Below, piece by piece: positions 30,301 to 42,300 of a DNA stretch of 64,000 nucleotides. The stretch covers positions 79,411-143,410 of the forward strand of contig JAKQKX010000073.1 of NCBI GenBank assembly GCA_029560465.1, given 5' to 3'. Numbering within the stretch: position 1 is the stretch's first letter; each line of letters starts with the position of its first letter. The translations under genes and the position numbers were made by a program. The notes beneath the pieces were generated by a model. The model saw only the letters and a program-made list of their open reading frames with translations. It had not been told where the DNA came from and ran no database searches. The stretch comes from Candidatus Omnitrophota bacterium (GTDB lineage: Bacteria; Omnitrophota; Gorgyraeia; Zapsychrales; JANLHA01).

Positions 30301-33300
30301 ATGCCTATAATCCTGCCGCAACCCTAAAATCCCAGGCAAATGTATTCCTCCCCGGAATTGGTTTAGCACAAATATTAATCAGTGCTTTTGGCGGCGAATT
30401 GAGCGAAGAGGAAACGTCTTCACTAGTGCAGAATATGGCGAAAGTTTTTATAAATGGCCTTTCAGAGGTGGATAAAAAGAAGGCAGCTAGTGCTTTTAAA
30501 GATGTGCAAACGTTTGATGAACTTAAAAATGCGATTATGGGGTTGTCTTCGGGTGTAAGAAAAATTACCTTAGATGAAAATCTTTCTCCGGTTGACCCTG
30601 GATCTGGGCTTATGGTTCGCTCGATTTCCCAGGGAGGGCAGCTCTCTTTGATGAATTTATTACAGGGGGATGTTTTCTCCTCCAAGCTGAAGGGCCGGGC
30701 AGACACCCTTATGTCTATTATTGAAAGTGTCGGGTTGAATGATCTGGCGAACCTCTCTTCAGAGGATAAAAAAGCCAAGAGAGATCAGTTGGTCACCGCC
30801 CTGAAAAATGCCGGGCTTTTTGAAGGAGAAGGAAATGTTTCTTTGTTTGACCCAGCGGTTTTAAATGCCTTGGTTGCCTTGGGTTTTATGTCGCCCGAAG
30901 CCGTTGATACCATAGCATCCGGTATTATGGATACTGAAATGACGAATTTGCTGGTGAATGCGGTGGTGTCTTCCGGATTAACCGAAAGAGACTCAGAAAA
31001 GGCCGTTGCTGCTGTTAAAGGGGTGAAGACCATTGAGGAACTAAAAGCCGCCACAGAAGGTTTTTCTGGTTTTGAGGGCACGTCTTCTTTTATTGCGAAG
31101 GCTATTTATGGGGTTGATTCCCGCACCACGGAAGAATTGCCAAACGGACAAACCCGTGAAATTGCTAATATATCAGGCGGGGTCTTTTCCACCATCGCCG
31201 CTAAGTCTGAGGATGCGCGGTTGTCTAATGTTGTGAGCCTGATCACCTCTAACAAAATTTCAAACGAAGAATTGGAAGCCGCTTATAAAGCAGATTTACC
31301 TGTTATTAAAGGCGATAATTTAAATGACGAGCAAATAAAAATAAATGAAAGGAACGCTTTGGTCAATTCCCTTGTGGATCAAATGGAAGCCATGGGGATT
31401 TCTTTAATTGATTTTGTCAAAGCGGTTCAAACAGAAGGAACTTTATCCCAGCAGCTCTCCACAATGACTGTTGATACCAAAAAGCAGGCTTTGGCCGTTG
31501 CTTTGGATACAATTAAGGCGGAAAAAATAACGGCGGATGAACTGAAATCAGCGTATGAAGGCAAAGCTTCTTCTAAAGATAATAACGGTGTAGAACAAAA
31601 AGAAAGCAGCAGAACGAAATTAATAAAAGCCATTGTTTCTGATTTAAGAGACGTGGGAGCGACTTTTGCCGATGTGGCGGGGCTTTTGCAGGTTGCCGAA
31701 GGCCAAGATTTAAATCAATCTATTGATGCGAAAGCCCAGGAGCTTTTTACAAGGGATTCCTCGGTCTTCAAGGCCGCAGGGTTGATGACCAGTGGTAGAT
31801 CTTTCATTAATCAAGAAGGGCAATTGCAGTTTTCAGATGCATCTGTTTTAGGAGATTATATCCGCTTGCGGCAGGCTGGTGGGCAGGGTGGAACGGAACA
31901 GCCAGAGGGTTCGGTTGTCCGAAGCAAGGTTCTTGTGGGAGGGGTTGCTGATCTTTATACCGCGGATATTGGCGGTGCGCAGTTCCTGAAAGACACATCC
32001 TCCGGCGTATTTGAGATGAGTCCTTTTGTTATCCGTATGGATGAATTTGTTGCCCGTAATCCTAAAGTTGCGGTTTATGGTGATGAATGGGGCGCTCATC
32101 TTGCCAATGATAAAATAGAAGTGAAAAACATGGTTCTTAAGATTTCGGAAAAAGACGGAATCAAAGCCATTGATCATTATCTCACAGGACAAGAAGGCCA
32201 AATGCGTTATACGGGGGACACGCATTTAGCGGATATTATTAAGATTTCAAAGAAGGACTTGGTTAATGATGAAAAGTTGCAGCAGGCGGTAAAATATTTG
32301 GGTTTAACCATACCGGAAGAAGGCGATTTTTCTCTAGAACAAAAAGTGCAAATTCAGGGATATCTTGATGGGTACAGGGTGTCTATTTCCAGCAAGTCGG
32401 GTGATTTGGGATCTGAAGAGTGGGCTTCTAAAGTTCCTGCTGATGAAATATTGCAGAAATTCCTTGGCGGGAGCGGCATGCTTACGGATATGCCGGTTGT
32501 GACCCAGTCTGTGATTAAATACGGGGGAAATGGTGTAGAAACCATAATTGAGCAGAAAGAAATTAAGTTTGAATATAGCGATGACTCGGCTTCCAAAAAA
32601 AGCCGGCTGTCTATTGATGAAGACGGGTCGTTGCGGGTTGTTTTGGCGTCTCCGTATTCCATGCTGAAAACTGAAATGAAAGTTGATGGGGAAACAGGTG
32701 TGCCTTATATAGAGAAGATGAATGAGAAAGACCCTGTTTACCTTTTGGCCAGAATACCCGGGTTGGGGAATGAAGTCCTTGCTCCGAATAATCCTGGTGA
32801 GCAAAATGATAAAAAGACCGTAAGCTCCTATGATGTTATGCTCACTAATATTATAAAAGTCGGCGCCGCGGAATATGCTGGGCAAATGATGGATGTGTAT
32901 GCTGGCAACATCAATGGCGATATTGAAACCGAAACATACACGGCCAAAGGGAAAGATGGGGCTGTAAAGGAGACATACGCGGCTCCTCTTCCGGCAGATA
33001 AGAATGACCGTTATCGGAGAATCAGTTTTCTGGCGATGCCGTTCCTATACGGGAATTTTGGCACTAAAGATAACCCGGTAGGCATGAATCAATCCCTCCA
33101 TAGTTTTTATATTGAAAACAATGTTTCTGATATGGTGGCCGGAGCAACAGCGGCATATTCTACGCAAGATCCAACCGAAAAAGGGCCTGGAACGGTTTCG
33201 ATGAATTCCAGGCAAAGAATTTTGTCCAGGGCCGGGCTTTTGCCGATTAATCGTATTTTATCATCAAACGGCACTATCGTTTCGCGTTTTCTGGGGAATG

Positions 33301-36300
33301 GGGCTTTAACTATTATTGACGGCGTGGTTTCCACGGTGGATGGAAGTCAAACATACTTGATTGCGGAAAGCGTCCCGGGCGTAGCAAGGGATTTGAAAAA
33401 AGGTGAAGAGTTTCAATTAGATGTTTTGGAATCTTCGGATGATCGCGATGGTATGAAGCAGTCTTATGCGTATGATTATAAAGTGACAGATACCTGGGAG
33501 CAGATCGGCTTCGAAGAAGGCGGGAGACAGGAGTATGTGGCAGCGCATCGTTATACCGGACGCACTAACGATGAGACAAATAGGGGAAAAATATTAGTGC
33601 TGGGCGCCGCCTCTGGATTGATGACAGCGAAAGGGAAAGAAAAAGGGATCCCTGAATATCTTAAATTGAACAAAAATGGCGCCACGGTTTATGGGGATTT
33701 TGAGATATTCGCCGATGAACAAACCCCGGCATGGGTTAGAGAGCATTACAAAGATGTCGGCGGCGTTATTACCTTCCAATGGGCGGCTGATGGAGATATT
33801 GCGAGCAGCCGCATGAAGGCTTCGGAAGGGGATATGTTTGTCGAAGAGAATATTTTTAGTGTTTATAATATTGATAAGTCGCTCGCTGAGGCTGTTGAGA
33901 GTTTAGGCGGGTTGGAGAGTTTGGATGCGAGGGATGCCGATAAAATCGTGGCGGCATTGAAAAAAGCAGGCGTTAAGGGTGTAACTAAGCAAGGCTTACA
34001 ACTTGTTATGCGCGGAAATTCGGCGGGTATTGAAGCGAAGCTGAAGAACGCCGGTATTAAAGTAGAAGAAGGTAGCGTACAGGCCCCCGCTTTAACGGGT
34101 TCTGGTTTGTATGAATCGGCTACAGTGTATTATGATTCGGTCTTAAAAGGATTCAAGCACCGTGCGACAGATTTTGTTGTTGATGGTAAAAATATAGAGT
34201 CTGGACATGTTTTTGCTTTGGGTCAGCCAACGGCCGAAGGAATATATGTTATGACAGGGGCGACTCATATCCCGGGAGTTGCCGGAAGCTATTATGCCAT
34301 TGGTCCGACCAAGAAAGAAGCCGGGTTGCCTACACATTTTTATTTTTATGATTCTGAACGTGAATATAAAGCAGATGGCAAGCTGTATAAATCCCCAGAT
34401 TCAAAAGGTTTTGTGGGTATTACGATTAGCCCGGACGGCCAGAAGGAAGGCGTTAATACAAAAAGCATGTATATGCAGGTTGGCGCTGATGCCTCGGTTG
34501 GGTTGGGCAAGTCGTATATGAGGGGTTTATTCGACTTGGCTGCCAAGAGGGAGCAGTTTGATGAGAGCAAAAATATAACAGCAGAACAGGCAGTGGCGAT
34601 TGAGAACGGGATGGAGGCTGCGTTTCAAGACTATTCTAAATTAAGTGATGCCGAGAAACAGGGCATGAGTTTTATGGATTATATTAAGCAAAAGAAAATG
34701 CCCGCGAGTTTTTATCTTTCCTTAATTGCCATGGCAGAGGATGCGGAAATTAAAGAGTCGCACGGGGATTGGCCGGAAATGCAAAAACGGTCGCAGTCAA
34801 AAACCCCAACTTTTAAATCCGAGTTAGCCAATAAGTATTTTGGCAGCCTTTCTCCTGAAGCTAAAAAAGAACTTTTATTCAGGGCTTGGAAACGAGAGGA
34901 AGAGAGGCAAATCCCGCTGTTTTTGGCTAATGACGAATATAAAGAGAATTTTGGGAGTAATGGGTTTACTCGGTTTATTGCCAAGGTGGGTTTAAGACAG
35001 TACCAAGCGCAGGAGGCGCAGTCTGCGGCTTATACTGGTGATTTGATTGAATCGTTAGAGGCAGCAGGGGTAAGTACTATAGTAAACGGGATGACGAGTA
35101 AGGAAGAGATTGCTAAAAGCAATGATTTTCTTATTAATTCGGTTTTAGCTCCGAAACAAACTGAATTATGGCATGGAACAGGAGCAAAAGGAGAGAAATT
35201 TAATATTTATGAGAAACTTTACGGCGCGCAAAAACATGTGGCTTATGTTGATGCGGCGTTTGAAGGAGAGATGCGTTTTATTAGGGACGGAACCTGGGGC
35301 CCTGCTAATTTGACTTTTGGCATAGGAGACAAAGACGGGGATGGCATCCCAGAGGTCTTGGCTCGTATTATTGGCGGATCAGTGGACGGCACCCCGGCAG
35401 TTTTCCTTACGGATGATTCTGGGCCGCAAGGCGGCTTGTTAAGAGATAGATTTGTACGAACCTCTTATATTGATGGAGCATTACAAGTTACTAAGAGCGG
35501 TGGATGGGCGTTTAATGTGATTTCTGGGAGTGCTGTTTTACCTAGTGATTATGGGACTTTGGCGAAAACAGGCGGATTGAACCCGAATTCTTTGATAACC
35601 GGTTTGGGGCTTTCTGATTACAGGGCTGGCCTGATCAATGGTGCAGGGAAAGCTGACTCGCTTCAACAACTATCCCCGGCACAGTTGTTGAAAGTCATGT
35701 CTCTGTTTTCTCAAAAAACGTTAGTGACGGATCTCCTTACACCAGAGGAAGTCGGTAAAGATAATAAATATGTTGGCTCCATCGTTGCTCAATTTGGAGA
35801 CACATCCAAAGGATTTTCTTCATTGATGCTTGAATCGGCCGGGTTTTTCCAGCTTGTTTCCACATTAGGAGAAGGACAGATAGTCCCTGCGAATGAAGCT
35901 CTTGCAGCAGAGGCTGTTTATGACTTGCTTTTGAATGACGATTATGGGGGAGGGTATCAATATTCTTTTCAACAAAATAAGCTTGGCGCTATTATTATGC
36001 CAACCACCCTTTCATCGAAACAAGTTGTGGATGAACTTAAGGCACAATCCAAAGAAGGGGTTCTTGTTAAGTCTGAGACCGGCATGGTTTTTCTTGTTTC
36101 CCCGGAGGAGTTTAAGAATGGACAAAATAGGTATGAAAAGGGGAAGAAAAAAGGAATAGTTGTAAAAGATATAAAGACAGGAAAGGTCGCCATAATTGAT
36201 AATGACGACATGATGACCGCGTCAGATTTTTATGTCAATGGGGTAATTAATGACTATAGAATTGGCTCGGAACGCGTAGATGGAAAATGGAAAGAAATTC

Positions 36301-39300
36301 TAGGAGACTTGCCTGTAAGAATAAAGGCGTTGAAATGGGAAGAAAAGAGACCCATTGCCAAGGGGAGTACCCGTTCTGGTTTTGAGCTGACCATTAATGG
36401 CGTAACGAAACATTTAGATTCTTCCCAGGAAGTGCAAGTTTTGGTTACACTTGACGACGGCAGACAGGGGTGGGTGGATTTGGCGGATGCTTTCTCTGGT
36501 AGTTCTTCTAAAGACTGGTATGGTGGGCCAGCGACCCTTACCGATGCAGAGGGTAGAACCTTTACCAGAAGAGTGTTGTATTCTAATGTGGAAGAGCTTT
36601 TTGTGACTGCGGAAGTGTATGAAGGAAAAGATTCAGCAGGCAATGATATTGTTAGACAAATTCAGGTTCCTTATAACAAATATAAAGCGGGCCACGAATA
36701 TAAAGGAGAAGAAGGCAAGAATCTTTGGACGGGGAAAGACCATGGATGGGCCATAAGTTTTCGTAGTGCGGGGTTGGCTGGATGGGATGATTATGTGGTG
36801 CGGGTACAAACAGGAGAAAATGAGTTTACTTATATTAGAGTAGACAATAAATACGCCGATGCGCCTGTAGATGGAAAAATAGGAGACAGGTCTTTTTGGA
36901 AGGGGACTATTGATGCGCGTCCTTATTATGATGGCTTTTTCCAGGGAGTAGTAGGAAACTATGCTGTGGATGATGCGTTAGGTCTGTTTATGCGAAACGG
37001 CAAGGTGTTTTTTGCTAATTTTGATAATGAGGATGATGGCCCTATAGGCATGTTAGTTAGGGACGAAGTTCTTAATAAAGACGGGTCGGTGTTGTTGCCG
37101 GCGGGGATTGGAAGTCGTAACAGCGATGCTCGGCAATTATTTAGAGTAGGAGAATCATTACAGACAGCGGCCAACATTCAAGGGACTTTAGATGCTGTTA
37201 CAGGGATTGTTACTGTTGCCACGATTCCTTTGACGTTTGGTGGAAGCAGCGCTGTAGGCGGGGCGGCTGGAAAATTTGCTGCGAATCTTGCAACAAAAGG
37301 TCTCGTTGGGAAAATTGCGGCTGGGGCAGTTAGACTTGCCGCACAAGCTGGAAAGACGTATCTTACCAAAGGGGTTTTGGTTTCCTGGGGGTTGGGAGAA
37401 GCCTTGGCATTCGCACAGAGTGGTGAAATTAATGTTGGTCAGTCAGCTAAGAATCTGTTGCTTTTGGGTGGATTGGCCAGGGGCTTGGGCTTTGTTGGTT
37501 CTTTGGCCAAGGGCGCCACGATGGCCGAAGCCATGGCCGCCGGGTCGATAGGTACTGGGACAGCAGCCGGTGGTTTTAAGTCATTGATGATCAAAGAGGC
37601 CATTGCTGTGGGTGTTCCGAATGCGATTTCAATTATGCAGGGCAATGGTTTGTTGGCTCCGGAAACGAACATGGTTTTAGTTGCCTTAGGTTTCTTCAGT
37701 CCGGGTGGGGCCTCCATCGCCAATGTTGGTAAGAATATTTCCACCGCCGCCCGACTTGGCGCTATGTCTTTATCTGCCGGTTTGGGGTTTGTGTATTGGG
37801 GTGGCGCTTCAATTGCGTCTCTTGGCGCTTTTCACGGCAATACCCAACCGGGTTGGGATGTTATTAAGTCCGTTCCGTCTAATTTCCTTATGGGTTTTGG
37901 CTTCGGCGGAGCTTTTGGTTTGGCTGGCATGGGCTTTGCCAAAGCCGGACAATCTGCGTTCTTTTCTAATTTTTCAACAAATTTCCCGAGAGTATACAAA
38001 TTTTTATCTAATCCCATTACGGTAAACGCCGGAGTCGCAACCGCAGGAGCGGTTGGATTACCGACCATAAGAGGCGTTTTAAAGACATTTGAAGCCAGAA
38101 CGGTTGCGGATAAAAATTTAATGGATAATATAGGAAGTGAATTCACATTAGCCAACATGGTAACTGGAGCTTTTATTGCGTTGGCTTATAGAGGATTGGT
38201 TGGGAAGGGATTGACCAGTAAAGGGCCGTTATTAAAAGCCCCGGCAGCAAGCACAGTAGAACAAAGTGCTTTAGCGGCACAGAAAGCCGGACATACTGCC
38301 AAGTATGGAATGGATGCTGTCAGTATTAAGTATGGCTTACAAAAGATTGGGATTGGTGCCGGGATCGGTGCCAGTGCGAAAGTATTAAATACTGCGATCA
38401 AAGATATTTCTGGAGAAGATGTTAAATGGCAACAGTATGGGTTGGATGTGTTGTCCGGCGGTGCTTTAGGGGCGTTGACCGTTGCTTTTATGGTTCAGCC
38501 CAAAAATATAACAGGAACAGCGCAAGGGAGTCCGGGGTATTATTGGGCGAATCCTGAGAAGCTATTCGCAGCTATGGAACATGGGGCGGCAAAATGGGTT
38601 TATGTTTCTCCCACCTTTGAAACAATGGGGGCTTTTTGGAAAGGGGTTTCCGCGCGGATAGAGAATGCTATTTTAGGAGAAGATTCCCGCTATGCCAAGC
38701 AAACAGGAAAAGAAATGCCCTGGTTCGCGGTGGAAAATGTGGATGAAGAAGGCAAGTTTAAAAATGAAGACAAAAAACTGATTTCAGTTTTTAGAGATGA
38801 TAAGGGGAGGTTCACACCAGATCGTTTAATAGATGCTAGTTTGCAAGGGCCGCAATCTGGTCTTTGGATGGCGCCATTGTTTGGGGCAATCCAAACCCAG
38901 GGGTTAAACGGCGGGCTTGCTCAGCGGGGATGGCAAAAAGCTCTGGCGGTTGTTCAGAACCCGTTTTCCGCCTCTCCCACGCTTATGAGTTTGGCAGAGG
39001 GCAAAGTGGGGATGGTGCTTTCGACTCTTTATCGGGACGCGTTATACATGCCGGGATTAGTTACAGGGTTAAAAGAAGTCGCGTCTTTTTCCAACCAGGC
39101 CGCGAAAGCTTGGACCGGAGAGGACTCGGTTGTTGTCTTTGACGCAGCCGAGGCTTCGGGATTTGGATGGTTGGGGATGCTGGCTTTGCCGACATATACT
39201 TTACTACCGAAGCCGGTCACAAAATTGTCCTCCAGTGACGAAACTAAAAAAGAAGTTATGGAGTTGAGCGGAAAAACAGAGGCGGATATTACCGCGCTTT

Positions 39301-42300
39301 CTAAGGGAGAAGCGGGCGATGGCAAAGGTTCTTCTTCTCCTGTTGCCTATACGAAAGACGGGACCAGGATTTATTTGGTTGAGAATGCCGATGTGATTAA
39401 AAAAGGAAGAAATGTTATCGCTTATCAGCACAATGCTGGTGTTGATGGGAAGTCCATCATTGTGGCGGTATATTCCGGATCCGCGGAAGCTGCTTTGGGC
39501 CAGATATCAAAACAGCTTTCCGCCTATAACGCAGCCCAGTTTAACAGCGCCGGTGTCAAAACTGGGAAAAAGAATGTCTTCTCTTCTAAGGGAGGGTGGG
39601 TTAATAGAGTGTTTTCTCGCTTGGGGGGAGGGGAAGTCTTAGTAAATGGTGAAACAGCCAGGGGGGCTGTTGTATCTAAAATTTTAGGTATGTTCGTTGG
39701 TAAAGGTGCTAAAGCTGAAGCAAATATTTTGATCGGCAAGTATGAAAATCTTAAAGGTCAGACACCGTCACAAATTTTATTTAAATATGCAGAGAGCAGG
39801 GGGGGAAAGAGAGGGATAACGAGTGCTGAAAAGATAGCGACCGTTTATTCCTCTATTTATTCCGCAACTGCAGGTGATCGCACAGCCGTGATAAATAAGT
39901 CAAAGTTGACGTCTGGGCAGAAAGAGGTGTTGAAGAGCATGTTATCTGCTTATGATCGTGTGCAGGCTGATCTTTCCTCGGTTCAAAGCACCAGTAGATT
40001 TTTTAGAAGTAAGAAAAGCGCGGCTCTTCAGAGTGTTTTGCTCTCCATGTTGGATATAAACGACTCGATCCTGAATCCTACCAATCCATATGGGAGCAAG
40101 AAAGGGTTGGAAGTGAGACCAGAGCAGGTGGCGGTCCAGATTTTGACTGAGAAAGCCGGCCGTATGCTCGGCGGTGAAGTTTCGCTTGGTAAAACAATCG
40201 CCACAATAAGCGGTATTTTGCAGGATATAAGGGGTGGCCGTGTTTCTTCTTCTAAAGGGAAGACTGTGGTTATTGAATATATATTGAGAGAAGACTTAAT
40301 AGGGCGGTTAAATATAGAGGCCGCCCAGGGGACATTAGATATTTTGAGCGGAAAGGGGAAATTAGGTCTCTCAAACGGAAAAATAGTTATCCGTGACGGC
40401 AAGAATGCGGGCAAAGAGGTTAAAGTTAAGGTTAAAGTTTTTGAGCCACCCACAGAAGGGTCGGCTAATGCCGAACAATACAAAGATTTAGTCGATGTCA
40501 GTGGTGCAGTGGATGCTTCTGGCCGCCGAAGATTTGCTTTTGCAGACGCTAGCCCGGTGGAAGCGGGCGACATTGTTCTGGCGATTCTGGGGCCGAGAGC
40601 ATTTCAGCACAGAGAGTTAGGAATGAAGTATCATTTTAAAGGCGCGCCTAAGAAAGGAATGTTTGGGGCAGGCGAAGGGGTGCAATGGACCCGAGTTAAG
40701 GCGTATGCGGATGATATTGACCGTTTGGTCGCGGAACCCGGGATGCGTTATGCCGGCCGTATGAATATGTCGGCGTTGGCGGATGCGGGATTGAATAAAG
40801 AAGCTTTGGATGGTTTAGCGGAACTGTTGCTGGGGGTATATACTCGGTATGATGCGGCGAAAGGCGGCAAGGTAGGAGGAAACAAAGAAGAAGCCGCCAT
40901 TGGCGAAGCCATGGATCCGGCTTTAAAGCTTTTGGATCCTTCTTCAAGAAAAATATTGCAGACTGCCCAAATTCAGCAATTATATGGACAATTAGTAAGA
41001 GAATTTTATGACAGCGTTACCGGGCCTAACGGAAAAACTAAATTGGTGGCTAACAAGAAAACCCAGTTGTTGGAGAAATTGTTAAATATATCTTCGGAAT
41101 ACCGGGATTTCTCCAAGGCCATGGGAAAAAGGCAAGACGCGGCTTTGCTTTATCTGACGCAGAGTTGGGCTCAGGCGACGTCTGGAACAAAGGACACCCC
41201 TGGCCTTTATAAAACAGGGCGGGATGTGTTCAGTTCTTTCATAGATCGGCATGTTTCTGATTGGGGCGAAGGGTTGATTCTTAATATGGGCGGCGGCGGG
41301 CTTCGTAATCCGGGAACTATGCCCGGGCATAAGGGTTTGGAAATTATGCTGGTCATACGTATGATACTTGAAACAAACCCGAAGAATCAGTCTGCGGAGC
41401 TAAAAGAGTACGTAAAGTATCTTGAGGAAAATATGGGTGTTACGCCGCAGACAATCAAATTAAATACAAAGGCCGGTAAAGCGGAAGCTGTGCAGTATAT
41501 TGTTAACGCCATGGCTTCCACCTCCCAGTTTGATATGAGTTTTGGGGAAGCTTTGCGCGGGAAAGCCGGAGGGGTAAAACCATGGAAGTATCTTGTGGGG
41601 CTTACCGGGACCCCGAGGTCAGCGAAAATAGGGTTTAGTGAATTAGGTTTGGTGTCAGCCATTGTCAGCCAGAGAGCGCCCTTGAGAACCGATTCTCAAC
41701 AAGGGCAGGTGGCTCGTGCGGATGTGGTTGCCTTGACCGGAAAACAACCGGGCAAGGGCTGGGAAGGGATTTTTACAAATAAGAATTTGAACGATAGCCA
41801 ATTGTATTTTGTTGCAAATGCCAAAGACGCAATTAAGGCCTCTTCTCTTCCTGATAATGTAAAGCTCAAACTGATAAGTTTGGCGGAAAAAACCACCACC
41901 TTAACGTTGGCAGGAAAGGAAGGGGTCGTTGGTACTTTAAAACAGAAAATTCAATATGTGGTTAAATTAGCTCAAGGTCTGGAAAAAATTAATGGAGAGG
42001 ATCGTTCCGGGTCCCGGGTTATTTTGGTGTCCCCGTCTGGCGACACCGAGGCGGCCATGATAAACAAGACCTTTAAAAACATGAAAGGGGTTGAGGTTAT
42101 CGGAGTCGGGTTCGGTAGCGACAAGGGTTCCCGTGATGCGGTTATAGAAAAAGTTACGGAGAGAGTCAAAGGCATGACAAAAGACGAGAACAAGGTTTTT
42201 CTCGTCGTAATTGCCGGCGAGTTGTCCGGGTCAAACTTAATGCCCATCGCCAAAGATTTGTCTAACGAGGGGGTCAGAGCTATCCCGGTTTTTACGGACA

